Below, piece by piece: positions 1-10,489 of a stretch of DNA of 64,000 nucleotides. Source of the stretch: an uncultured Poribacteria bacterium. GTDB taxonomy: Bacteria; Poribacteria; WGA-4E; WGA-3G. The notes under the pieces were generated by a model that was not told the origin of the DNA, did not search any database, and was given only the letters and a program-made list of their open reading frames with translations. Position numbers and translations under genes: made by a program. Positions within the stretch are counted from its first letter, which is position 1; the number at the start of each line of letters is the position of its first letter. The stretch spans positions 2,656,001 to 2,720,000 of the forward strand of contig OX638351.1 in NCBI GenBank assembly GCA_951813565.1, written 5' to 3'.

Positions 1-141
1 ATTGAACTGATAGACAGCGGAAAAGTGGATGCAACAAAGTTGGTGACACACTATTATCCGCTTGAAGATATTCAGGAAGCGTTCCGTGTTTCTGCCGATA
101 AAACCTCTGGCGCTATCAAGGTACATGTCTGTCAGGAGTAA
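1..141 (+). CDS. 3' end of a zinc-dependent alcohol dehydrogenase (MDR family), truncated by window edge
   Basis: Frame 1 reads IELIDSGKVDATKLVTHYYPLEDIQEAF...AIKVHV then TAA at 139-141, a typical MDR C-terminus. Confidence 0.7.
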   Translation: MELIDSGKVDATKLVTHYYPLEDIQEAFRVSADKTSGAIKVHVCQE

Positions 142-173
142 TACAATTCATACGATTTGGAAGGAATTTTACT

Positions 174-899
174 ATGTCAAATACAAACCATAAATTAAGT
201 CAAGAAGAGACGGATCAATTTCGGAAACAGGGATACCTCGGACCCTATACGCTCTGTAGTTCAGAAGATATGCTCAACATGCAGCCGGAAATTGAACATA
301 TACTCGAAACTGATGCACCTGACCACAAAAATAGGGTGCATAACCGCCATCTCGATTTTCCGATAATTCATGACCTCTCAACACATCCAACCATCGTTGA
401 ACGGATGGCATCGCTATACGGACCGGATCTACTGCTCTGGCGCACTAACTTCTTCGTCAAAGAACCCGGTGCAAAAGAGATTCCGTGGCATCAAGATTTC
501 AACTATTGGCCCCTTGAACCGCCAATCATCATATCAGCGTGGATTGCTATTGATTCGGCAACGCTCGAAAATAGTTGTCTCCAAATTGTGCCGGGATCGC
601 ATCGCAAAGTCATCCCGCATGTAAAAGCCACTTCCGAGATGGCATTCAATCAGATGGGCGATCTTGATTTTATTGACACGTCCAATTTCGTCAATCTGGA
701 GATGCAACCCGGTGAATTTGTGCTATTTAATGAACGCACACTACATCATTCAGAGGCAAACCGTTCAGACAAAAGACGTATCGGATTGGCTATTCGCGTC
801 ATTGTTCCGATTGTCAAAGTCTTTGATTGGGATTCGCCACAACACGAATTGATTGTAATTCACGGCAAAGACCCTGTCCAATTCAATAAAAGGAGTTAA
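174..899 (+). CDS. Phytanoyl-CoA dioxygenase family (PhyH) Fe(II)/2OG dioxygenase
   Basis: PWHQD motif, SAWIAID, LQIVPGSH and distal HHSEAN...RR. Confidence 0.9.
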   Translation: MSNTNHKLSQEETDQFRKQGYLGPYTLCSSEDMLNMQPEIEHILETDAPDHKNRVHNRHLDFPIIHDLSTHPTIVERMASLYGPDLLLWRTNFFVKEPGAKEIPWHQDFNYWPLEPPIIISAWIAIDSATLENSCLQIVPGSHRKVIPHVKATSEMAFNQMGDLDFIDTSNFVNLEMQPGEFVLFNERTLHHSEANRSDKRRIGLAIRVIVPIVKVFDWDSPQHELIVIHGKDPVQFNKRS

Positions 900-900
900 T

Positions 901-1902
901 ATGAATCGTCAAATAACCTTAGTCGCCCGACCTGTCGGATACCCCAAAGAATCGGATTTCAAACTGGTTGAAACCCCAATCCCTATACCAGAAGATGGAC
1001 AAGTGCTACTAAAAACCATCTACTTATCAGTTGATCCTTATATGCGAGGGAGAATGAATCAAAGGCGTTCTTACGCACCCAACGTCCAATTCAATGAAGT
1101 TATGGTAGGTGGTGTAATCGCACAGGTTATTGAATCAAAATATACCGATTTTCAGGTCGGGGATATAGTCAACGCGAGTATCGGATGGCAGGAATACGGT
1201 ATTGCTCAAGGCGAAGGATTGCGGAAAATTGATCCGTCAATCGCCCCAATATCAACGGGTGCGGGTATCCTCGGTATGCCGGGATTGACCGCATACTTCG
1301 GTTTACTTGAGGTTGGCAAACTTCAAGATAATGAGACAGTGTTCGTCTCTGGTGCTGCAGGCGCGGTCGGTTCAGTTGTCGGGCAGATTGCAAAAATCAA
1401 AGGATGTCGGGTTGTTGGGTCCGCAGGCTCAGACGAAAAGATTACTTATATTGTTGACAAACTCGGTTTTGATGCAGCATTCAACTACAAGAACGTCACA
1501 GATTATCCTGCGAAGTTGGCAGAACTTTGCCCCGATGGCATTGATGTGTATTTTGATAACGTTGGTGGGCGGATTACGGATGCTGTCTTTCCCAATTTAA
1601 GAGTTAAGGGGCGCGTTGTGATATGCGGACAGATTTCACAATACAACTTGGAAAATCCTGAGACGGGCCCACGCTTTCTCTGGCATCTGATTACACAACG
1701 TGCGAGAATTGAAGGTTTTCTTGTATTTGATTATGCCGACAGACATGCGGAGGCGCTCGTTCAAATGGCAGAATGGCTCAAACAAGGCAAACTAAAATAC
1801 CGAGAGACAATTGCTGCAGGCGGTATAGAAAACGCACCTGCAGCGTTTATTAGCATGCTCAAAGGGGGCAATATTGGAAAACAACTGGTCAAAATTGCTT
1901 AG
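901..1902 (+). CDS. NADP-dependent oxidoreductase (CurA/YncB, prostaglandin reductase-like)
   Basis: LSVDPYMRGRM, GMPGLTAYFGL, VSGAAGAVGS, YFDNVGG, GNIGKQLV. Confidence 0.92.
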   Translation: MNRQITLVARPVGYPKESDFKLVETPIPIPEDGQVLLKTIYLSVDPYMRGRMNQRRSYAPNVQFNEVMVGGVIAQVIESKYTDFQVGDIVNASIGWQEYGIAQGEGLRKIDPSIAPISTGAGILGMPGLTAYFGLLEVGKLQDNETVFVSGAAGAVGSVVGQIAKIKGCRVVGSAGSDEKITYIVDKLGFDAAFNYKNVTDYPAKLAELCPDGIDVYFDNVGGRITDAVFPNLRVKGRVVICGQISQYNLENPETGPRFLWHLITQRARIEGFLVFDYADRHAEALVQMAEWLKQGKLKYRETIAAGGIENAPAAFISMLKGGNIGKQLVKIA

Positions 1903-2035
1903 ATTAAGCAGCTTACCACTTCTTTGATTGCATCGCTTTCTGTAGAACTTTCCAAAACTTGTATAGTTAGGTGTTCAGAATTTGAATAGTCTGATACTGT
2001 TACTGCTTGAAATCAAGAGACTTACGCTTTATACT

Positions 2036-2936
2036 CAGGACTTACGCATTTTTATAAAATGGTGTATACTATTCTATTATGATTACATTTTCCCACTCTC
2101 AAAAGAAGGAAAACCTATTTTCCGATTATTGTCAGTTTTTGATAGCAAGTGTCACGAATTGGACACAAACCTACTTTGCTGCTCGGACAGAAAAATGGAG
2201 CCACGATCAACTCAATCGTTTCTTGAGAAATGAAAACATTTCTTCAAGCGAACTCTGGCAATCCGTAAAGGATGACATTGAGTATGATGATGAAGGATAC
2301 ATAGTTTTTGATGATTTTGTGCTTCCTAAACTCCATGCCAAAGAGATTGAAGCCCTTCGTTCTCAATGGAGTGGTAGCGACAAAAAAGTCGTTGTAGGCA
2401 TCGGTATTGTCACGTGTCTTTATGTCAATCCAAAGACGTAAGAATATTGGATCATTGATTATCGTATTTTTGACAAAGATCATGATGGTAAAACCAAAAT
2501 AGACCATTTACTGGATATGTTGCATAATGCTGTCTTGAAAAAACAACTCCCGTTTCGGACCGTGTTGATGGATGCTTGGTATGTTTGTATGCAAGTGATG
2601 AAAGCGATTGAGAAACTTTCCAAGGTTTACTATGCGCCTCTGAAACGAAACCGACTTGTGAATGATACGGATGGTGTTGAACCACACCAGCATGTAGAAG
2701 ATTTATCTTGGACACAGACAGAAAAGCAACAGGGGAAACGGGTTCACATCAAAAACTTTCCGAAAGGGCATCAAGTGAAGTTGTTCCGGATTGTATCTGA
2801 AAACGGACGCACGGAATATATTGTGACAAACGATTTATCTCAATCGGATGCGACTGCGACCAAAAACGAGTGTCGGGTTCGCTGGAAGATTGAGCAACTT
2901 CACCGTGAAATCAAACAGGTTACAGGTATTGATAAA
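2036..2936 (+). mobile_element. IS701-family element, left part; transposase pseudogene truncated by IS1595
   Basis: Left IR CAGGACTTACGCA at 2036; ORF 2079-2441 continues in frame after a TAA into 2517-2948 (VFDD, VLMDAWY, RWKIEQLHRE). Confidence 0.85.
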
Positions 2937-4344
2937 CGCAATAAGTAGTTTTGGACTTTCAAAAAGCCCTTAAGCGTTATGGAAATTTATACTTAATAGG
3001 GTATGAGAATTCGGAAAAGCACTAAACGGCGAAGACTAATTTCTAACTCTAATCTGCGAGAACTTCTGCCCCTCCACCTCACATCGGTATAAAAGTTGAG
3101 CGCGCTTGATAGATACTTTGCAACGGCAGACAATTCTTCTAATCGTTTTGCCGTTGTGATATGAGTGTGGTCCAGCTTGTCAAGACCTTATTCTCTAAGT
3201 TCTTCTGCCATCGTTGAGTGAGTCTTCATCTCATACTCTCATTGACAAACTTATCAAAAATGCTCTCAATGTTCCTATAGTTGTATTTATAGCACGCCTC
3301 TGCGACATATAGGGGCGTGTATTCAGTCCAATAGTGGTGATGACTTCCATACCAAGCACGTTTGAGAAGTGACCAGAAGCCTTCAATCGTATTGGTATGG
3401 ACATCACCGTCAACAAATTGTTCTTGATGATCAATGATATGGTGCTTCATCTCTTTACCGAGTGTGAGATAAGCCTTATACTCATCAGTCATCAACTGCG
3501 ATTTATCTACTTTAACAACTTCGCGAATAAAATTTAAGATAGTCCGTCCCGTCAAATCTTTTGCGAGTCTTGCCACAACTTTCCCACCGCGTTCAATCGC
3601 TCCGATGATAGCATCTTTATCAGTGCCACGCCCACGCTTAGCAGGATCCCTGTCCTCTTTTTTGTTCGCTTTGCGAGGTTTACCCCCGACATAAGTTTCG
3701 TCAGCCTCTATGATACCTTGTAAGAGGATATTATCTTTAGCCATTTCAGCACGGATGCATGTTCCCATACGCCACGCAGTCTTTTGATTCAAGTCCAAAT
3801 CTCTTGCCAACTGATGACTTGAAAGACTCTTTTTAGCATTCGTCATCAACGAGATAGCCAAAAACCACTTCTGAAGTGCTATCTTTGTCCCGTGAAACAC
3901 CGTGCCACAAGTAACCTTGAAAGTAGCAGTGCAATCGTGGCATTGCCAGCGCCCGATGCGTCCCAATTCCGTTTCTGTTCGTCTTGCAACGTTTGGGCAA
4001 TCACAATGTGGACACTTCGGTTTACCCTTCCACCGAATACTCTCTAAATGTTCAATACAACTCTCTTGATCAGGGAATCGTTCCATCACTTTCAACAAAT
4101 CCATCAGAAAACTCCTTTTTAGGAGTTGCTTTTTCTGACAGGTTTCTGATACAATAATTAGATAAGACAGAATGCCAGAAAAGCAACTCGCTTTTTTGTG
4201 TTCAATTAGGGGGTTAGCAGCCCTCTAATTTCTTATCTAAATTGTATCATATTTTCACAATTAAAACAAGCGAAAAATGTAGTCTACACAAGGATTTAGA
4301 GCGATTTTTAAAATTTTGTTGAAAGTCCAAAACTACTTATTGCG
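2937..4344 (-). mobile_element. IS1595-family insertion sequence
   Basis: Perfect 26-bp terminal inverted repeats CGCAATAAGTAGTTTTGGACTTTCAA (2937-2962 and 4319-4344); no target duplication visible. Confidence 0.92.
3226..4104 (-). CDS. IS1595 (ISXO2-like) DDE transposase with N-terminal zinc ribbon
   Basis: CPHC...CHDC, IEADETYVGG, MTDEY, HTNTIEGFWSLLKR. Confidence 0.95.
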   Translation of the reverse strand: MDLLKVMERFPDQESCIEHLESIRWKGKPKCPHCDCPNVARRTETELGRIGRWQCHDCTATFKVTCGTVFHGTKIALQKWFLAISLMTNAKKSLSSHQLARDLDLNQKTAWRMGTCIRAEMAKDNILLQGIIEADETYVGGKPRKANKKEDRDPAKRGRGTDKDAIIGAIERGGKVVARLAKDLTGRTILNFIREVVKVDKSQLMTDEYKAYLTLGKEMKHHIIDHQEQFVDGDVHTNTIEGFWSLLKRAWYGSHHHYWTEYTPLYVAEACYKYNYRNIESIFDKFVNESMR

Positions 4345-4397
4345 AAAAACTTTACACTCCCTACTCTTTTGCCAAACAATTTAAGGAGGTATCCAGC

Positions 4398-5147
4398 ATG
4401 TTCCATAAAAACATTAGAAAAATTCACTTGCTCTATGGGGGCGTGATTTGTATCCTATTGGTACCTTTAGTAATATTTTTCATCTCTTCTTGGAATTCCA
4501 TCCCACAGGAACCTATAAAAATCTACAAAGCCCCTGTGCTCAAGAAGCAAACGCCTGAAAAAGTAGAAAAAACACCCACACCTGAAGAACCATCGCGGGA
4601 CGAATCTGAAACGTGGGATAGTGAAGAACCAGAGATTACCGAAACAGAAACATCAGAGGAAGACTCCCAAGATGAGTTTTCAGAAACACTTCTTCCACAA
4701 ACAAAAACATCAGAGGAAGATCCAAAGGTAATCTTCCTCAAAGAGGTGTTTCCTAAACTCGACCATCACCTAAGCGAAGGAAAAAAACTAATGGAGGAAA
4801 TAGCGAAAGAAGGATGGAACGGCGGAAATTATGAAGTGTTTACAGCAAGAGGAGAAGCTCTAAACGCTGAATTCCAAAAGTACTGCAGGCAGATTGCTGA
4901 TGAATTTCCAGATGCTGTAACTTTTATTACTTTTGAGGGACAGCAATGGGCCTATGACGTTGATTTTCAGATATTACAAGACTCGCTTGAAGCTGTACCT
5001 TCTGAATTATCCGAATATTTTCGCCATACACGTTTGCGGGAATGGTTCGGACTCCCTGACGTTACACCCGAGCAATTGCAACAATTGCAACAAAGGCAAC
5101 AAAGGCAACAAAGGCAACAAAGGCAACAAAGGCAACAAAGGCAATGA
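4398..5147 (+). CDS. Hypothetical membrane-anchored protein with acidic linker and Gln/Arg repeat tail
   Basis: AAGGAGG RBS, N-terminal TM helix, ends (QRQ)6. Confidence 0.75.
   Translation: MFHKNIRKIHLLYGGVICILLVPLVIFFISSWNSIPQEPIKIYKAPVLKKQTPEKVEKTPTPEEPSRDESETWDSEEPEITETETSEEDSQDEFSETLLPQTKTSEEDPKVIFLKEVFPKLDHHLSEGKKLMEEIAKEGWNGGNYEVFTARGEALNAEFQKYCRQIADEFPDAVTFITFEGQQWAYDVDFQILQDSLEAVPSELSEYFRHTRLREWFGLPDVTPEQLQQLQQRQQRQQRQQRQQRQQRQ
5073..5144 (+). repeat. 9-bp tandem repeat: CAATTGCAA x2 then CAAAGGCAA x6
   Basis: Read directly from sequence. Confidence 0.95.
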
Positions 5148-6904
5148 AAGGAATCAACAAGTTAAAACAGCGTTCACTCTTTCTTTTTCTGATACTTGTT
5201 GGGCTTGCTGCCCTGAGTCTTCTGCCACGTGCGATTTCGCTCGGCCAACATTGGTCATCTGATGAAACCCTTTGGCTGAACCGTTCCCGTTTCTTCATTT
5301 TTTCTCTGCAGCATGGTGATTTTCAAGGGACACTACAGTCTTATCACCCCGGTGTAACTACGATGTGGATTACGGGCCTCCGTACTTTTTTTGTGGACGT
5401 TGGTGCTGATCTGCCTAACCTGATATTCGCTCGTTTTTTTATCAGTGTATCGGTGTGTATCGGCATAGGTATCTGCGGTCTTTTGTTATTCCGTTTGTTT
5501 GGGCGATGGGAAGCAATAACAAGTGTAGTTTTTTTGGCTTTTTCGCCATTCTTTTTGGCGCAAACGCGACGGGTCCACACGGATGCTTTAATGGTCATTT
5601 TTACATTACTAACCGTTCTATTATTCCTACTATATTGTAAAAATTGGCAAAGTTCCTGGTACCTTGTCCTGTCGGGTGTTACTTTTGGATTAGCCATTCT
5701 TTCTAAAAGCCATTCATTGATTCTGGTCGTATGGGCTCCGGTATGTCTATTTCTATTTTGGAAATATCGGGGAGAAATATCGGGGCATGCTTCGATATTT
5801 CTCGCCACGCTACTCTGCTTTCTGAGTTGTGGGATGCTTACCGTTATCGCTTTGTGGCCCGCCCTTTGGAATCCTACTTCTGGATTATTGGGGCTGTCGC
5901 TTTTAGGCACTATTGTTATTTCGTTAGATGTCATGAAAAAACAGGACGAACAGAAACAGAAGGGACACAGCCGAATCAAAACATCTATTCTACTACTTCT
6001 AACCGCAAGCATTGTGTTAGCTTTTGTTTCTCCCCATGTTATGCGTGCTGTGGGGTTGATCTGGGATAAAATCAGCTGGGCAGTCACGACACCGCATGAA
6101 GTAGAACACTTCTTTTTAGGCAAAGTTGTCAATGATCCCGGCTGACTTTTCTACCCCTTCGTGTTGACCATCAAGAGCACACCTTTGATGTTACCCTTCG
6201 CACTTGTCGGATGCTTACTGCTGTGGAAACATCGGAAACGTTCTGAGGAGACTAACCGACGGTTCCAGATAGCACTGTCTCTCGTTGCCGGAGTTATCCT
6301 ATTCATGATATGTCTCTCGGCAACAAGCAAAAAGTTCAGCCGGTATCTGTTACCCGTATTTCCAATGTTAGAAATATTGGCTGCTATCGGGTTTGTAGAA
6401 GGGATTAAATGGGTTTATACTATACTAAGCACTCACTTTGGAACAGAGCGAACTATCCCATATCCAAAAACTTTGGCTATCATCGCATGCATTGGACTGT
6501 TTTTCGTTCAAGTGTTTCCTGTTCTCGCTCTGCACCCGTATTATGGCACGTACTATAATCTCTGTTGGAAGGTGACGGACATAACGAAGATAATCACCGT
6601 CGGCGATGCCTCCGGATTAGATCTCGCCGCGGAATATTTGAACAAGAAACCGGATGCGGATCGCTTGGTGATTCAAGTATCCCCACTCGCCACTGAAATT
6701 GTAAAACATTATTTCCAGGGTGATGCTTACCGTGCAGGCAGAGGGCGTGGACATACTCCGGATTATGAAGTTGTTTATATCCGAGATTCACAAATAGGGC
6801 GTGTGCCGCAAACTGGCACACTAAAAGGTGAACTGGAACACCAAATATCTATTAACGGTATTGACCATGTCTGGATTTACCGAGTAAAACCCAAGGAGAA
6901 ATAG
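5144..6904 (+). pseudogene. GT-C fold glycosyltransferase (GT39/ArnT-PMT-like) interrupted by one in-frame TGA
   Basis: SSDETLW, YHPGVTTMW, many TM segments; ORFs 5144-6145 and 6161-6904 share a frame: DPG-TGA-LFYPFV. Confidence 0.75.
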
Positions 6905-7240
6905 ATGAAAGTTTGTCTACTGACGCATGGTTACCCTCTTTTTACCGCTAACACCACAGCCCCGTTTATTGAATCCATCGCGGAGACACTGCAGGAACAA
7001 AGAGTAAACGTCACTGTCGCTTATGCCAGACACCCCTCTGTTAGCGCGCACTCCGGAGGATCATAGCGTAAATCTACAAACGTATCGTTACTTTTTTCCA
7101 AGGCGTTGGCAGCAATTAGGATACTCAAACACACTTGTAAACGATTGCAAGATAAAAAATATGTATATCTGCTCGCACCTTTCATGTTCTTATCTGGTAT
7201 TTTCCATCTGATACAGTTACACCGCAAGTACCAATTTGAC
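6905..7240 (+). pseudogene. N-terminal remnant of a GT4-family glycosyltransferase, frameshifted and cut off near IS3
   Basis: ATG at 6905 reads MKVCLLTHGYP...APFIESIAETL..VNVTV, continuing in another frame as MPDTP...YRYFFPRRWQQLGY. Confidence 0.6.
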
Positions 7241-7319
7241 TGATATTTCTCACAATGGCTTATATGTCAACATAAACAAGTGAAGTGCTACCGTTTATTC
7301 AGACCAAAATTTAGCAAAG

Positions 7320-8159
7320 TTAAGACAAGTTTTTTTGCTCAAATTCCACAGGTGTCAAATACCCTAACGCTGAATGAGGGCGTTTGTGATTATACACTTG
7401 CGTAATAAAATGCCCAATGCGGGCTCTCGCTTCGTGGATGTTCTCATAGGCGTTGAGATGAACTTCTTCTTCCTTGAGCGTGCGGATAAGTCTTTCAGCA
7501 TATCCGTTCTCCCAAGGACACCCTCTTCGGGCGACTGAAATCTCTATCCCATGATACCTAAGCAGTGAGATATACGCATCTGAAAGATACTGAACGCCTT
7601 GATCAGAATGATGGATCTCTGGAACACTTTGACATAATGCTGTCTCTAAGGGTTTCAACGCCAGAGATTGCGTCAAGTGTCGACTGATATGCCACCCCCT
7701 GATCATGCGAGTGAAGACATCCATGAGCAGACAAACATAGATGAAGTGTCCTTTGAGACGGACGTAGGTAATATCGCCTACCCAGACCTGATCACATCGG
7801 GAGACATCAAGGTTTTCAAGGCGATTACCCCAGGGACGCACACCCGCAACGGATGTCGTGGTTTGACAGACACGTTTGACAGAAACCGAGAGGTTGGCGG
7901 ATTTCATCAATCGGGCAACACGCTTATACCCGATGGTGTATCCGCCACGCACTAACAACTGTGTGATACGTCTATATCCGTATGTTGGATATAGCAAAGA
8001 TAACTTCTCTATTTCATCCCGGAGGCCCGCTTCACACGGGTCCTGCTTGGGGTGATAATAGAGATTGCTTCGGTTGAAACCGAGCGTCTCACATATCTGC
8101 CGAACCGAAAAGTCTATCCGTAATGCTTCAACCATTTCTCGCTGCTCCATCGGGGTCAA
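7320..8159 (-). CDS. IS3 transposase OrfB (rve DDE integrase domain)
   Basis: WVGDITY, HHSDQGVQY, ENGYAER, YNHKRPHSALGY. Confidence 0.95.
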   Translation of the reverse strand: MTPMEQREMVEALRIDFSVRQICETLGFNRSNLYYHPKQDPCEAGLRDEIEKLSLLYPTYGYRRITQLLVRGGYTIGYKRVARLMKSANLSVSVKRVCQTTTSVAGVRPWGNRLENLDVSRCDQVWVGDITYVRLKGHFIYVCLLMDVFTRMIRGWHISRHLTQSLALKPLETALCQSVPEIHHSDQGVQYLSDAYISLLRYHGIEISVARRGCPWENGYAERLIRTLKEEEVHLNAYENIHEARARIGHFITQVYNHKRPHSALGYLTPVEFEQKNLS

Positions 8160-8446
8160 CTCAAGTAAGTTGAGGCTTTTTTTTGGATGTCAAGTGCCAG
8201 GGTCAACCGCCCAACGAGTTGCTCAAGTTGGGCGATCCGATCCGCAGAGGCATCAGACTGTTTATCAGCGGGTTCAAAGAGGGTCGCCGCATTTTCAAGA
8301 AGCTGTCGCTTCCACTTTGAAAGTTGTTCATCGCTGAGGCTATGTCGCCGACACACTTCTGCTTGGGAACTTTGACCGCTCAGTGCCTCAAGAACAACTT
8401 CGGCTTTAAACTCGGGAGTGAAGTTTCTTCGTTTTCGTTTCGCCAT
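8156..8446 (-). CDS. IS3 transposase OrfA (HTH)
   Basis: RRNFTPEFKAEVV...LSKWKRQ. Confidence 0.92.
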   Translation of the reverse strand: MAKRKRRNFTPEFKAEVVLEALSGQSSQAEVCRRHSLSDEQLSKWKRQLLENAATLFEPADKQSDASADRIAQLEQLVGRLTLALDIQKKASTYLS

Positions 8447-8560
8447 CGGATACTCCTTTCAAGTAGATGGATATTATACCATAATCTTGTCTTAGAGAGT
8501 GGCCCGAATTTCCGGTGGCAGTACAAATGTTAAGTTGGGTGTATGTAATTAGGAGGACAC

Positions 8561-10111
8561 ATGATTTGGTATAGGCTTGCTACTGTTCTACTTATTTTCT
8601 TTAGTTGTAGTAGTGAAGTGTTATTTATTTCAGCTGAAAGTAATTTTATCGATTCTATCCACAATAGAGGAATGGTATTTGCACGTCAAAAGTCAACATT
8701 CAGTTCTGAAAAACCTAAGTCAAAAAAGAATGCAATTCTTCAGGCTTCTTCACGATTCCCTAACACACGGGTTTGTACGGTCGACGGTAGTTATATTGGT
8801 ATTGATACTGATATAAAGCTGTCTACCTTTCGAACTGGGATTCAACGCTTTTATCGAAGTTTGCCAGATAGAACAGGTCTTTTCGGTTCAGGATGGAAAC
8901 TTAACTACGAGATACAGTTATACCCGTTGGATTTTGACGGTGCTCCCGCTATTGCGGTTGAGAAAGCTGATGGGCAAATTATTATTTTCCAACAGGGAAA
9001 AGCAGGTTTTATTTCTCCATGGGGAAATTTGTTCAAGCTCACTCAGAAAAACGACGGAACCTATCTACTTACAGAATTAGGAACCCGGCAGATTTTCTTT
9101 GACAAGCATGGACAGCTTTCCAAAATTATTGAAAACAAGAATGTTAAGCCGTTGGAAATGCTGTATAAGCCGACAACCAACCTCCTCACTGAAATTCGGA
9201 GTGGTTCTAAAACAATTGTCCGTTTCATGTATAACGCTAATGGCCACGTTGAGGCTGTAGAGGATTTCACTGGACGACGCTATTCATATCATTATGATGC
9301 GGCAAAACGTCTTATTAGAGTTATCGATCCGCTCCAGCAGAGTTTGCAGTACCAATACGATGAGAATGGCTACCTGCAAGCAATTATTGATAAACGCGGG
9401 AACTTCCAAACTGAAGTCACTTACACGCCAACGGGTATAGTAAAAAGTTATACACGGAACGGAGAAAAATATCAAGTCCAATACCTTAATGAAACACAGA
9501 CGAGTTTCACCGATTCTCAAGGACATCAATGGATTTATTCCTATTTGCCATCGGGGTTGATAACACAGACGCAAGACCCTTATGGGAATACATCTTCCCT
9601 GGAGTTTGATGGCTTCCTGCGCCCGATTCAAGTAACAGATAAGCGAGGTGCAATCACTAAATATATGTATGATGATGTAAATCGCACCCAACGCATCATT
9701 AATCCTTTAGGAAGTGTGACGACTCATTTCCATAAAGAGGGAGAATGGGTTATCAAGGCACCTACTGGGAAAATAATGACATTTCACTTCAACGAAAACG
9801 GAGATCTGGTTGAGGAAACGGTAGGGACTGACGAAAAAGTATTGTCTCGAAATCATTACGTTTATGATTCTACAGGAAATTTAGTTCAGCATATCGATCC
9901 GAACGGAAACACAACGCAATTTGCCTATAATTCCGATAGGTTCCTTGTACAGAAGATTGATGGTGCAGGCAATATAACTCACTGGCGATATGACAACCTT
10001 GGTCGGATTGTCTGGGAAAAAGATCCAACAGGTAGGATTACAGAAACGTCTTATGATTTGATGGGACGTGTCATTGAAAGAAATCGCTCTATCGGCTCGG
10101 CATCGGAATAA
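8561..10111 (+). CDS. Secreted YD-repeat (Rhs-like) protein
   Basis: AGGAGG RBS, signal peptide, DUF6531-like RFYRS...GLFGSGW, many YD repeats. Confidence 0.85.
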   Translation: MIWYRLATVLLIFFSCSSEVLFISAESNFIDSIHNRGMVFARQKSTFSSEKPKSKKNAILQASSRFPNTRVCTVDGSYIGIDTDIKLSTFRTGIQRFYRSLPDRTGLFGSGWKLNYEIQLYPLDFDGAPAIAVEKADGQIIIFQQGKAGFISPWGNLFKLTQKNDGTYLLTELGTRQIFFDKHGQLSKIIENKNVKPLEMLYKPTTNLLTEIRSGSKTIVRFMYNANGHVEAVEDFTGRRYSYHYDAAKRLIRVIDPLQQSLQYQYDENGYLQAIIDKRGNFQTEVTYTPTGIVKSYTRNGEKYQVQYLNETQTSFTDSQGHQWIYSYLPSGLITQTQDPYGNTSSLEFDGFLRPIQVTDKRGAITKYMYDDVNRTQRIINPLGSVTTHFHKEGEWVIKAPTGKIMTFHFNENGDLVEETVGTDEKVLSRNHYVYDSTGNLVQHIDPNGNTTQFAYNSDRFLVQKIDGAGNITHWRYDNLGRIVWEKDPTGRITETSYDLMGRVIERNRSIGSASE

Positions 10112-10126
10112 TCGTATTTATACGTT

Positions 10127-10212
10127 TCTATGTTTACACTTCAAATCTATGTTTACACTTCAAATCTATGTTTACACTTCAAACCAATTTTATTACACTT
10201 CAAACCAATTTT
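10127..10212 (+). repeat. 19-bp tandem repeat TCTATGTTTACACTTCAAA x3 followed by an overlapping 21-bp duplication
   Basis: Read directly; lies between two YD genes, just upstream of an RBS. Confidence 0.9.
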
Positions 10213-10224
10213 AGGAGGTTTACA

Positions 10225-10479
10225 ATGTTTTCACAGTTTAAGTTACCACTTCTGCTTCTATTAGTTATAGCTTTTTCACTACCTTTTAGTGTGTTGGCAG
10301 TTGATTCAGTAAAGTTTGTCTATGATGCGAATGGGAACCTTGTGGAAAGCGAGGCGGATGCGGAAACAGCCCGTTTTGAATATGATGTGTATAACCGCAA
10401 GGTGGGCGTTATTAATGCGGCAGGTGCTAAGCAAGTAATGGAATATGATGTACGTGGCAATCTCACAGCGAACTCATAG
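10225..10479 (+). CDS. Short secreted YD-repeat protein, possibly truncated
   Basis: AGGAGG RBS, signal peptide ending VLA, YDANGNL / YDVYNR / YDVRGNL. Confidence 0.65.
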   Translation: MFSQFKLPLLLLLVIAFSLPFSVLAVDSVKFVYDANGNLVESEADAETARFEYDVYNRKVGVINAAGAKQVMEYDVRGNLTANS

Positions 10480-10489
10480 CGAGTACGCG

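Larger units (their letters stand above)
7281..8525 (-). mobile_element. IS3-family insertion sequence
   Basis: TG...CA ends with imperfect IRs (TGAAGTGCTACCG / TGTACTGCCACCG); orfA-orfB overlap with A8G slippery site near 8176-8184. Confidence 0.9.

Noticed and set aside
6143..6145. Genetic code variant or selenocysteine
   Set aside because: TGA is the normal stop for several intact genes here; context suggests Trp, and neighbouring genes are also decayed
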